DNA of 64,000 nucleotides from Ostrea edulis (Eukaryota): NCBI RefSeq assembly GCF_947568905.1, contig NC_079172.1, positions 22,878,001 to 22,942,000 of the forward strand, read 5' to 3'. Shown piece by piece: positions 12,401 to 20,521 of this stretch (position 1 is its first letter; each line of letters starts with the position of its first letter). The notes under the pieces were generated by a model. It saw only the letters and a program-made list of their open reading frames with translations, ran no database searches and was not told where the DNA came from. The position numbers and the translations under genes were made by a program.

Positions 12401-13395
12401 GTCTCACGGGCACCTGGGTGACCACCGAACTTCACAAAGCATTAGATCTACGCTATCGTCTCGACCGCATTTACGAAGTTTGGCATTTTGAGAAAACCAG
12501 TGACCACTTATTTCGAGCGTATATCAACACCTTTTTGAAAATTAAACAAGAAGCTTCCGGATTCCCCGAGGATTGTCAAACAGCCCAACAGCAGCAACAT
12601 TACATTGAGGAAATTCAGCAACGAGAAGGCATTGCCATGAATCCGGCCGACATCCAGAAAAATCCGGTCCGAAGAACCATTGCCAAACTCTTTTTAAATT
12701 GCTTGTGGGGAAAATTTGCTCAACGATTACAATTACCCAAATCCCTGTATCTCACGGAAGAAGAAGAATTACAACAGAAATTACAAGATGCCACTTTAGA
12801 AGTCAAAGGCATCGAACTCTTAGAAAATCGTGAACGCCCCGAATGTGATATGATGCTGATCAATTATCAGGAGAAAGAAGAATTTTTAGAAGACTGTCCC
12901 TTTGGAAACGTGGTGCTGGCGTGTTTTACAACAGCTCATGCTCGTTTACATTTGTACGAGACGTTACAGCCTTTGGGAGAGCGTGTCTTATACTTCGATA
13001 CCGACAGTATCATCTATCAGCACGACGAGACCCAGTTCAATCCGACCATTATCAACAGTTTAGGCGGCTGGACCGATGAATTGGGTGGAGATCGTATCAT
13101 CAAGTACATGTCGGGCGGGCCCAAAAATTATGCATACGAGACCCAGGGGGGAAAATCTGTCTGCAAAGTCAAAGGATTGACACTCAATTATCGTGCCTCT
13201 AGAGTCGTGTCTCTCGATACGTTGGAAAAAATGTTAAAAGGAGAAGAAGAAGAAGTCCATGTCCGCTATCCGCACTTTATTCAACGAACCCGCCAACATG
13301 ATGTGCGAACCATTCCTCTGGTGAAGAAATACCGCATGGTGTATGATAAACGTCAACGTATTCATGACTATGACACGCTGCCTTACGGGTATTAA
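9433..13395 (+). CDS. polB: Protein-primed family B DNA polymerase (pPolB) with N-terminal terminal-protein/vOTU-like region, Zn fingers and a Vsr-like insert
   Basis: ExoI YYDFE, ExoII HNFKGYD, ExoIII YCISD; polymerase motifs DVCSLYP, KLFLNCLWGKF, YFDTDS; NPEDSLCLSRAI...NEHYD (putative vOTU Cys/His); VDGYD...YEFYGCYWHGC insert; first ATG 9433. Confidence 0.97.
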   Translation: MSDKLPTGLPRSYIEQRLRFLNDQLNRQRQRELQLRRENQRRLQYLQRGGGKKKLISDYYKIQLERGRQSRKFKVKENVYNVAFKPIPEKENTTFIRRLFRDMLKNVKQEMQCNPNDYLRLNIRHPSLDSAIWYEFTQSNQLNEDKILNKIESVQQSKKEFLITDGAVQMDFFHVKYPQGSGCTKKKHLHMDKEKFKNSKRAIVRIQNPEDSLCLSRAIVVARLHSQKSNDPAWETKWLRMRKGDFKTLDQKREAIALMEQAGCVMNHPCGPREWEQLQHALAPQYRLKIFQFKTNTTRLRLEPIYKGPGYGTCLNILLDNEHYDAIVSMAGVTENGYYCDYCDVGYSHIEDHRTVCPHRCSFCLADTPCTPDGTQTNCPHCKGFFRNAACYQTHLKPYSSNTTTTVCSLMGRCNQCQKWMSKQLLKRHACGGQTECRICHKVVTMPHHCFVQTKPKPKKEKEEEEELKIYIYYDFECSQENGIHIPNLCVAERVCQHCDSVDIDKPCSHCEGFGSQRRFLFQGPDTLKQFMEWLLQSETDEQGHVELKHDEATIIAHNFKGYDGQFILNYLVHTACIKPTVILNGSKILSMQVLGLRFIDSYNFLPFALAKMPSAFGLTELKKGYFPHFFNTTENQQYVGPYPAAHFYNPDDMSTANREAFYTWYHQQEGKVFDFQKEFLAYCISDVDILRRCCAHFKSTLFDLVEVDPFQESITFASTANLAYRRGFMTQDTIAIIPNMGYRPARRYSAKACRWLAWLEHQHHCIRHARNGGEVTLGPYTVDGYDEESRIVYEFYGCYWHGCPTCYPNLLTDMHPHRVQHTYQDLYLDTLKRASALEDQGYTVVSIWEHEFDRQTQTNADLQEFLQGVDIQDPLNPRDALYGGRTNATRLYCEEGDMRYVDVCSLYPYVLKYKPFPVDHPQVITSHFTDVRDYFGLIRCRVLPPRELYHPVLPYKTGGKLLFPLCRTCAEQRNLGPDERCQHTDSERSLTGTWVTTELHKALDLRYRLDRIYEVWHFEKTSDHLFRAYINTFLKIKQEASGFPEDCQTAQQQQHYIEEIQQREGIAMNPADIQKNPVRRTIAKLFLNCLWGKFAQRLQLPKSLYLTEEEELQQKLQDATLEVKGIELLENRERPECDMMLINYQEKEEFLEDCPFGNVVLACFTTAHARLHLYETLQPLGERVLYFDTDSIIYQHDETQFNPTIINSLGGWTDELGGDRIIKYMSGGPKNYAYETQGGKSVCKVKGLTLNYRASRVVSLDTLEKMLKGEEEEVHVRYPHFIQRTRQHDVRTIPLVKKYRMVYDKRQRIHDYDTLPYGY

Positions 13396-13430
13396 AAAGG
13401 ACATGCTAGAGAAAACCATCAGTCGGCAAA

Positions 13431-13958
13431 ATGACGGACTACGAATCACTACATAACCCGGGTACACCACGTTATGCTCTACTGTCAGATCGAGTAGCGT
13501 CGTTTGAAAATGCTCCCGAACACTTGCAGAACCTATTACCTACCATTGCAGAAGCGGGATACTTTTACAAAGGGTACGGGGATAACACGTGCTGTTTTTA
13601 TTGCAACTTTGGACTTCACCATTGGGGAGCTGTCGACAATCCTTGGATACAACATGCTTATTGGTATCCTCACTGTCCTTACCTGAAGTGTAATAAGGGT
13701 AAACAATGGGTACGACAAGCCTTCAATGCCTATGCCCGCGCTAAAGACAGTGGTTGCGATTGGGAAGGCTTACCCTTAGACGCGGCAGGGAATCCAATGT
13801 GTACCCAGAAATGTCACATTTGTTTAGAACGAGACTTGAGAATTGCTTTTTTACCTTGTGGTCATTTATGTACTTGTGCTATATGTGCTACGGGACTGAA
13901 ACAATGTCCTATTTGTAGACATGGTGTTGAGCAAGCTGTACGTATTTTTATTTGTTAA
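13431..13958 (+). CDS. iap: Inhibitor of apoptosis: one BIR plus C-terminal RING (175 aa)
   Basis: BIR: RVASF...AEAGYFY...CFYC-x16-H-x6-C; RING: CHICLERDLRIAFLPCGHLCTCAICATGLKQCPICR. Confidence 0.95.
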   Translation: MTDYESLHNPGTPRYALLSDRVASFENAPEHLQNLLPTIAEAGYFYKGYGDNTCCFYCNFGLHHWGAVDNPWIQHAYWYPHCPYLKCNKGKQWVRQAFNAYARAKDSGCDWEGLPLDAAGNPMCTQKCHICLERDLRIAFLPCGHLCTCAICATGLKQCPICRHGVEQAVRIFIC

Positions 13959-13999
13959 TAAATAGATATGATTTTCCTGAACTTGTGTCATTTATCAAG

Positions 14000-14638
14000 A
14001 TGTATACCTACGAGACACTTGAGCCTTTTCAGTTGAAACATGAATTTACCATGGTGGTGGCCGGACCCTCTAAATCGGGTAAAACGGAATTTGTGAAGCA
14101 ACTGGTACAAAATACGCAGTGGATTGCACCGCCTCCCGAAAAGATAGTATGGTGTTATCGAGAATGGCAGTCCGCGTACGAATCCTTACAGGACAAGGTC
14201 ACTTTTATCCGCAATATACCTCAAGACGATGAGCAGATAGTGGCGGATCTCAGTACGCGTCATCTACTCATTTTTGATGATATGATGGGAGGTAAAGCCA
14301 TCGAATCGATTGTCGACTGGTTTACGCGCAAAGCGCATCATCGCAATACCAGTGTCATTTATATCACACAAAATCTGTTTGATCGAGCAGTACAACATCG
14401 TACCATCAGTCTGAATGCTCACTATCTTGTGCTGTTTAAAAATCCTCGAGATAAATCTCAGATTGGGGTGTTAAGTCGGCAATTACAAATGCCGCATTTA
14501 CTTCCAGCCTATGAGGACGCCACCCGTGTACCTCACGGGTATTTACTAGTGGACTTGAGTCCTCAGACGTCGGACGATTTAAGATTAAGAAGTCAACTCT
14601 TTACCAACTTGGCTGTGCACATGCCCCCGAGAGTATAA
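14000..14638 (+). CDS. Genome-packaging ATPase (A32/FtsK-HerA type)
   Basis: Walker A GPSKSGKT, Walker B LLIFDD, YITQNLF and RTISLNAHYLVLFKNPRD typical of Polinton ATPases; ATG 14000 follows TATA-like/Inr signals. Confidence 0.93.
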   Translation: MYTYETLEPFQLKHEFTMVVAGPSKSGKTEFVKQLVQNTQWIAPPPEKIVWCYREWQSAYESLQDKVTFIRNIPQDDEQIVADLSTRHLLIFDDMMGGKAIESIVDWFTRKAHHRNTSVIYITQNLFDRAVQHRTISLNAHYLVLFKNPRDKSQIGVLSRQLQMPHLLPAYEDATRVPHGYLLVDLSPQTSDDLRLRSQLFTNLAVHMPPRV

Positions 14639-14687
14639 ATAATGTCACATCATGGGCAGGTGTATCATTCGAAAGACAGTCTTCATC

Positions 14688-15560
14688 ATGGGTAGACCTT
14701 CCGCGAAGAGTAAATTAGTCAAAACGTTACGCCGTTTACAACGGGAACGGGATCCCGTTCAACGGAGCCATCTCATTGAATTAGGACGTAGAGCCTTACT
14801 CAACTGGTTTGCGATGGGCGCTCGAAATTTATTGCGAGGCGTCTTACCAGGCAATAAAATCACTCAGCGGTTCATTCAATCCCATCACCAAGACTTGAGT
14901 GTCATTGCCGATAAGAAGTCCAATGAAGAAGAGCGTAAAAAAGCCATTTTGAAACGAGGAGGCGCCGGATTCTTAGGAGGGACCATTATCCGTCATTTAT
15001 TCAAATGGGAAACAGGCCGTAGGCCCCGTGGGGGACAACCCAAGAAAACCAAGAAACCACGGGCTAAGAAAGCTAAAAAATCGCCTCAGAGAATTCCTAA
15101 ACTCATTATTCGCTTATCTAAGAAGACACCTAAGAAGTCCCCTAAGAAATCCCCTAAGAAGACACCTCTCAGGATGAAGAATCCGTTTCCCAATTGGGCT
15201 CCAAAGAAAACCCCTCTCATTGTGAAGATGCCGTTTCCCAAGGCCACTCCCCCCAAGGCCACTAAAACGTTAGCCAATCTGAAAGCCGGATTAGCTCAAA
15301 AGAAAATGGAACGACCCATGCATGGGCCTATAGGAAGTTCCAGAACCAGTGATACTGCTCTACCGAGTTTTGCTCATACCTTTGGAAGCATGAAATTTCA
15401 ACCCTTAACCACCTCAACACCAGTTCAGGTGCAAAAGAAATATAAATGTAAATTTTGCCCTCTGGTCTTCAATGCGAGAGAGAACCGCAATCGTCACGAA
15501 GAGACCGTCCATCACAAGCGTTTTGATCCTAAACATCCGAGTGCCATTGTCCTGGACTAG
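14688..15560 (+). CDS. Basic putative virion core protein: Polinton small-protein domain, SPKK/TPKK-rich linker, C2H2 zinc finger
   Basis: N-terminal part aligns by eye with ORF 15601; KKTPKKSPKKSPKKTP; YKCKFCPLVFNARENRNRHEETVH; TATA 14634 and Inr 14665 place the start at ATG 14688 rather than 14652. Confidence 0.7.
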   Translation: MGRPSAKSKLVKTLRRLQRERDPVQRSHLIELGRRALLNWFAMGARNLLRGVLPGNKITQRFIQSHHQDLSVIADKKSNEEERKKAILKRGGAGFLGGTIIRHLFKWETGRRPRGGQPKKTKKPRAKKAKKSPQRIPKLIIRLSKKTPKKSPKKSPKKTPLRMKNPFPNWAPKKTPLIVKMPFPKATPPKATKTLANLKAGLAQKKMERPMHGPIGSSRTSDTALPSFAHTFGSMKFQPLTTSTPVQVQKKYKCKFCPLVFNARENRNRHEETVHHKRFDPKHPSAIVLD

Positions 15561-15600
15561 GTATAAAAAGGAGGGGGAAGGGGCCCCACCCTTCATTATC

Positions 15601-15930
15601 ATGGCTCATACGAAGAAGTGTGAATGTCGATTACGACCTCATTTACCGCTCTTGCAGACGTTAGCGGCTCCTCACTATTCCAGCAAATTAAAGACAGAGG
15701 TGTTGAAACATTGTTCCAATGACTGCATTTTAAAGATTTGTGAGATTGTGTACAATCTATTAAAAGGGGTGATTCCTCTCAATCCTACTCAGAAGCGACA
15801 ACTGGGTCGAAAGAAACACATCTTAAGACGCTTAGTCCGGACTCAACCCGTGAAAAAACGACGAGGTATACTCATACACCAAAAAGGATTGGGTTCGTTT
15901 GTGTGTGGCAAGATTTGTAAGAAATCATGA
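15601..15930 (+). CDS. Conserved Polinton small basic protein (109 aa)
   Basis: ICEIVYNLLKGVIPLNPTQKRQL...ILIHQKGLG resembles the common Polinton CExxLNxLKGNIPL...QKGG family; own TATA (15562) and Inr (15593). Confidence 0.75.
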   Translation: MAHTKKCECRLRPHLPLLQTLAAPHYSSKLKTEVLKHCSNDCILKICEIVYNLLKGVIPLNPTQKRQLGRKKHILRRLVRTQPVKKRRGILIHQKGLGSFVCGKICKKS

Positions 15931-16694
15931 GTCGAAAAATGGTATTGGTACCGGAAGCGATGCTCAACGAATTAAAAGGCAAATTACCTAAACCCCCCGA
16001 ATTTACCTCGACTATTGGTTTACGCAGTGATTTGGACGAGATTGAACATCGAGATGATTTAACCGAGAAAGAAAAAGTGGGGTTGTACGGTCATCAACTT
16101 CATCGCTATCGTCAATATTTACAACAAGCTCGACATCCCACCCCAGCCACTCGGCCCTCCCCAACCGGTGCAGCCAGTGCCGCCTCACCACCCACAACCG
16201 CCGCAGCACCCGATGACTTGGAGGAACAGATTATCAAAAGCGTCAATAAACCGGGTCGAAAGAAAGCAGGTTTATTACTCGATCATCTCAAGAAATCCAA
16301 AGTGGTGACTTGGAATAAAGAAGGAGAAATCAGCTATAGAGGACGCAGGGTTCCCGATTCCAATATTGTGGATTTAATGACCGAAGCCCAACGACAAAGA
16401 CCCTTAAGACATCGTGATCCCCCCACGGGATTAGAGGAATTTGCTCAAGCGTTAAAAGAGACTCATGCTCCCAAAGGATATGTGAACAATCGGGATGTTA
16501 TAAAAGCCATGGACAAACCAGGGAAAATCAGTACGCCTAGACCTCTAGAGGAAGAGGAGAGCGGATTTCAAGAAATCTCGGGTTTTGACCAATCGTTCTA
16601 TGAAACTCCCAGACGAATGATGACCCCTAAAAATATCTGGGAGGCCAGTAAAAAGACATCACGTGAAATTGGAAAATGGTTAAATCTACCATGA
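15927..16694 (+). CDS. Conserved Polinton hypothetical protein (255 aa)
   Basis: KAGLLLDHLK...WNKEGEISYRG...SNIVDL motif recurrent in Polintons; ATGA overlap with the upstream stop. Confidence 0.75.
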   Translation: MSRKMVLVPEAMLNELKGKLPKPPEFTSTIGLRSDLDEIEHRDDLTEKEKVGLYGHQLHRYRQYLQQARHPTPATRPSPTGAASAASPPTTAAAPDDLEEQIIKSVNKPGRKKAGLLLDHLKKSKVVTWNKEGEISYRGRRVPDSNIVDLMTEAQRQRPLRHRDPPTGLEEFAQALKETHAPKGYVNNRDVIKAMDKPGKISTPRPLEEEESGFQEISGFDQSFYETPRRMMTPKNIWEASKKTSREIGKWLNLP

Positions 16695-17761
16695 AAGCAG
16701 AACAGATCTTACAGCGACTGTATTACGATCCCAAGACAGGGTATGGGGGAGTCCAGGCGTTGTATCGTCAAGTGCGTCAATTAGGACACAAGATTACCCT
16801 GTCTCAAATTCGAGAATGGGTGAAAGCTCAAGATACCTATACCTTGCATAAACCGATACGGAGGAAATTCAAGCGACGACAAACACGAGTGACGGATATG
16901 GATGAACAATGGCAATTAGATTTAGCCGATGTCTCCAGCTTGAAACAAGACAATAATGGGTATACGTTTTTATTATGTGCCATTGACGTGCTGTCTAAAT
17001 ATGCCTGGGTCGTGCCTTTAAAACAGAAAACGGGGAAAGAAATGATACGAGGCTTACGACGGATTTTTCGAGAGGGACGTCGCCCCGTGCGCATTCAGTC
17101 CGATCAAGGAAAAGAATTTACCAATAAAGAATTTCGTCAAGCCTTCAAATCCATTCATTTCTTTACAACCCGTAATGCCGAAACCAAAGCCAGTATTGTG
17201 GAACGTTTTCAACGCACGCTGAAAGCACGCATGTGGCGGTATTTTACACGTCATAAAACACGACGGTATGTCGATGTCTTGGGGGATCTGGTGTATGGTT
17301 ACAATCATACCTATCATCGCAGTATCCGGCGAGCTCCTGCTCAAGTCAATGCCAAGAATGTCTTGACCGTATGGAAAACCTTGTATGGAAAACAGAGTGC
17401 CGATACCACGAGTCGCTTGCAAGTGGGGGATCGTGTACGCATTAGTAAAGCCAAACGTACGTTTGAAAAAGGATATTTACCGAATTGGACCAAAGAACTG
17501 TTTACCATCTCTAGAAAAGTGCCAGGACGAAACGTCTATCGCATTCAAGATGATCACGGGGAAGAATTAGAAGGAACGTTTTACGAGAAGGAATTACAAC
17601 AAGTGATTAAAGACGATGATGTCTATGAAGTGGAAGAAATCTTAGGGTATAAAAAGCGGCGTGTGGGAAAAAAAGTCATTTCAGAAGTCAAAGTGCGTTG
17701 GAAAGGATATCCTCCCAGTTTTGATTCATGGATTCCGCAAGCGGATCTCATTCAGCCATGA
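16691..17761 (+). CDS. int: Retroviral-like (DDE) integrase with C-terminal chromodomain
   Basis: YYDPKTGYGGV N-terminus; WQLDLAD / IQSDQGKEF / SIVERFQRTLK catalytic D,D,E; chromodomain YEVEEIL...VRWKGYPPSFDSWIP; alternative start 16676. Confidence 0.96.
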   Translation: MKAEQILQRLYYDPKTGYGGVQALYRQVRQLGHKITLSQIREWVKAQDTYTLHKPIRRKFKRRQTRVTDMDEQWQLDLADVSSLKQDNNGYTFLLCAIDVLSKYAWVVPLKQKTGKEMIRGLRRIFREGRRPVRIQSDQGKEFTNKEFRQAFKSIHFFTTRNAETKASIVERFQRTLKARMWRYFTRHKTRRYVDVLGDLVYGYNHTYHRSIRRAPAQVNAKNVLTVWKTLYGKQSADTTSRLQVGDRVRISKAKRTFEKGYLPNWTKELFTISRKVPGRNVYRIQDDHGEELEGTFYEKELQQVIKDDDVYEVEEILGYKKRRVGKKVISEVKVRWKGYPPSFDSWIPQADLIQP

Positions 17762-18015
17762 CCAACCAGTGGACTTTCTTGGGTGAAAAAGTCCCTCGAG
17801 CAGAAATTGTGTATTTTGCACAATTATTCCTGTGTTTAACCATCATTATCACCTCGGTCGTCATGTTAGCCTTAGGCGATCCCAATCGCGATTTTTGGAT
17901 GGTCACCTTAAGTTCTTTGGTGGGCTACGTCATGCCTAGTCCACAAATGACGTTAGCGAGCCCGAGTATAAAACAGGAACGATCTTCTTCAGATTCATCA
18001 GTTCACCATGGCTAA
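17728..18015 (+). CDS. Small two-transmembrane-helix protein (Polinton-associated)
   Basis: EIVYFAQLFLCLTIIITSVVMLAL and FWMVTLSSLVGYVMPSP hydrophobic segments; TATA 17648 and Inr 17676 embedded in the integrase gene; start 17728 or 17758. Confidence 0.7.
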   Translation: MDSASGSHSAMTNQWTFLGEKVPRAEIVYFAQLFLCLTIIITSVVMLALGDPNRDFWMVTLSSLVGYVMPSPQMTLASPSIKQERSSSDSSVHHG

Positions 18016-18457
18016 CACACAGTACGCCTGGAAACAAGAGGGAAAGAAAACGGCATGGTTTGCGGATAAGCAGATGTGTTTGATGCATTGTAAACAACAC
18101 AAAACGTCCACGCATCCTGTGTACTTGTACAAACGTATACTGATACCTCACGGATGGTCAGCCTTTATCATGAAGACCAAGTATCAAGAGTTTCGCTGGA
18201 AAGTCAAAGCCTTCTGGGGATTGATGGGACGACAAGACGAATCCGATTGGACCTTAAATGAGAGTCCTTGGTTTGACCATTCCGAGGACTGTCTCCGACA
18301 TTTCAAAGACATGATCAATGAAGGTTATGATGTAGCCGATTGCTGGGGAACCCGACACTATCTGGTGATGCGACGACGCTTAGTCCCGAGACGAACACTA
18401 GAGTTGGAAGACTCGGATGCGTTGATGTGGGGTGGTGGCCGCGATCAAGAAGAATGA
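18008..18457 (+). CDS. Hypothetical protein (149 aa) with an internal two-fold repeat
   Basis: Open frame with TATA 17967, Inr 17998 and AATAAA at about 18500; WF-x5-CL-x-H occurs twice. Confidence 0.65.
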   Translation: MANTQYAWKQEGKKTAWFADKQMCLMHCKQHKTSTHPVYLYKRILIPHGWSAFIMKTKYQEFRWKVKAFWGLMGRQDESDWTLNESPWFDHSEDCLRHFKDMINEGYDVADCWGTRHYLVMRRRLVPRRTLELEDSDALMWGGGRDQEE

Positions 18458-18579
18458 CATGTAAAATTGTGTATTAACATTATGTTGTATGTTGTTTCAA
18501 ATAAAAAATTGTGAAAAAACAAAACGGTGTTGTGTATAAATAGAGAAGGAAACAGAGACAGGGGCTCATTTAAGACATC

Positions 18580-19575
18580 ATGGCTGGAGGAGAAGGGTTT
18601 TACATGACTCTGTTGAGTGATGGGTCGATGGAATCGTTTCCGACGAATACGACGGCTCAATTTAAAACGTTATTGCCACACACCATGGACTTAACGGATG
18701 GAGCATGGGAAGTCGGATTGACCGAAATGATGTACTCGGCCAACTTACAAAACGTATCGGATAGCGAGGCTTATGTGGACGTTCTCATTCCAGATCCGTA
18801 TACGCAACATGTCCAAGATCCCAACACTTATAAATGGGAAAGATTTAAGACAGAGAATATGGGCAAAGTCACGATGGCCAGGTGTGAGGTGGTGGTCCCC
18901 TGGGATCTGACGCCATGGTCCCATCTCTTTGCGGGAGGGGATAGTTTATTTCCCTTCGATATCATTCGCATTCACTTTCGACCCGGAGCTTATACACAAC
19001 CTTTGGCGTTAATCAATGAAATCAACGCAGCCTTAAGGAGAACCCTGTGGAAAGTATGGACCGAGTTAGGGAATCCTAACGACGAGGGGAACAACCAGAT
19101 CTTAGTGTATCACCCCGAGTACGATCGTGTCGAGTATCAGTTTAATGGGAAAGCACTGAGATCCACCCCCATGTGCATTCGTTTCCCTACGCCCTTAGCG
19201 TACAAGCTAGGTCTGGATAGTGACAAAATGATCCTGGGCCAAGAAACCATGACGAAATGGATCAACGTGAATTACTTGGGGAACACGACCATGGATGTCT
19301 ACGACAATCTGAAAGCCATGTATGTGTATTGTGACATTGTGGATCCTCAAGTGGTGGGCACCAACAAATTGAAATTATTGAGAGTCGTCCCCTGTACGGC
19401 TCAATACGACGATCGACAACAAGCCCGTTGGGAACCGATTCGAGCCGAATATTTGAAACTGAGTAAGAAATATTTCGATACCATTGAGGTACACATCATG
19501 AATTCTTTAGGGCGTCCTATGGGGTTTTTAAATGGGCGCTCCCTAGTCAAACTTCATTTCCGCAAAGTGTATTGA
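18580..19575 (+). CDS. Minor capsid protein (penton, single jelly-roll)
   Basis: FYMTLLSDGSMESFPTNTTAQFKTLLP...WEVGLTEM and MYVYCDIVDPQVVG...LLRVVP are the standard Polinton mCP motifs. Confidence 0.9.
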   Translation: MAGGEGFYMTLLSDGSMESFPTNTTAQFKTLLPHTMDLTDGAWEVGLTEMMYSANLQNVSDSEAYVDVLIPDPYTQHVQDPNTYKWERFKTENMGKVTMARCEVVVPWDLTPWSHLFAGGDSLFPFDIIRIHFRPGAYTQPLALINEINAALRRTLWKVWTELGNPNDEGNNQILVYHPEYDRVEYQFNGKALRSTPMCIRFPTPLAYKLGLDSDKMILGQETMTKWINVNYLGNTTMDVYDNLKAMYVYCDIVDPQVVGTNKLKLLRVVPCTAQYDDRQQARWEPIRAEYLKLSKKYFDTIEVHIMNSLGRPMGFLNGRSLVKLHFRKVY

Positions 19576-19578
19576 AAG

Positions 19579-19722
19579 ATGAAGTACCATCGAGGAGTCA
19601 GACGCCAGAAAGGACACGGAATCTGGTTTCTCATTCCGTGGATTGCCAATGCCATTGTGGGTCAAGCGGGTCAAGGAAAGAAGAGAAAGAGACGGCGTAA
19701 AAAGTATAAAAAGCGGGTGTAA
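19579..19722 (+). CDS. 47-aa micro-ORF, paralogue of the N-terminus of the next gene (missing from the ORF track)
   Basis: MKYHRGVRRQKGHGIWFLIPWIANAIVGQAGQGKKRKRRRKKYKKRV; TTTAAAT 19527 and TCATTT 19554 upstream. Confidence 0.65.
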   Translation: MKYHRGVRRQKGHGIWFLIPWIANAIVGQAGQGKKRKRRRKKYKKRV

Positions 19723-19749
19723 CCCCTAACGAAGTTCATTTACATCAAG

Positions 19750-20442
19750 ATGCACTACCATAAAGGTTTAATACGGCAGCAGGGTCACGGGCTTGGAGCC
19801 CTGCTGGGAATAGCCAGCAAAGTGGCGGGTCCCCTGATCAGTGGATTATTAGGTGGAGCCCCCGCACAACAGCAACAACAACAACAACGTCCTGTCTATC
19901 AAGAGAGATATTATGATTACGACCGCCCTTATCGCTCTTATCAGAGGAGACGACGTAGAAGCCATCCAACAGAAGAATATGACCCAGAATCTGAAAAGCA
20001 GAAGGGAAAAGGATTTTTCACCGATTTACTCAAATCGGGGGCTAAAAGTGCCTTAAAGGCTGCTGCTAAAACAGGGATGGATGTGTTAGATAATAAACGA
20101 TCACTCAAAGACGCTCTCAAGACACACGGTGCCCAAGCCCTGAAAGAGACAGCAGGGTATGCCCGTAGGCGAAGATCTCGAAAAGACCCATCCAAACGAG
20201 GAAGAAAAGCACGCACAGGAATACTCAGGAAGCCTGGAACCACGACCCTCAAAAGAAAACAGGTGGGAAAACAGGTGGGAATACAGGAAGGAAAAGGATT
20301 TGTTAAAAGAAAACAACGTATCTTAGCTCGGGGAGGTCCTCATAAGAGACCTAGGAAGCAACCTAGGAAGCGATCTAGGAAGGGAGGTAGGAAGCTAGTG
20401 AAAAGGGGTAAGCCAAAACGCTCTCTGGATATTTTCGACTGA
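19750..20442 (+). CDS. Core/membrane-lytic precursor (PW-like) with amphipathic and Arg/Lys-rich segments
   Basis: QQGHG|LGALLGIASKVAGPLISGLL, QKGKG|FFTDLLKSGAKSALKAAAK and QEGKG|F segments; very basic C-terminus; TATA 19705, Inr 19735. Confidence 0.75.
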   Translation: MHYHKGLIRQQGHGLGALLGIASKVAGPLISGLLGGAPAQQQQQQQRPVYQERYYDYDRPYRSYQRRRRRSHPTEEYDPESEKQKGKGFFTDLLKSGAKSALKAAAKTGMDVLDNKRSLKDALKTHGAQALKETAGYARRRRSRKDPSKRGRKARTGILRKPGTTTLKRKQVGKQVGIQEGKGFVKRKQRILARGGPHKRPRKQPRKRSRKGGRKLVKRGKPKRSLDIFD

Positions 20443-20521
20443 GAACCCTATAAAAAGGGGGTGAGAAGGAGCCCAGAACACATTTGATGCCAGTTCACGC
20501 TGAGTAACACATCGTTCCAAT

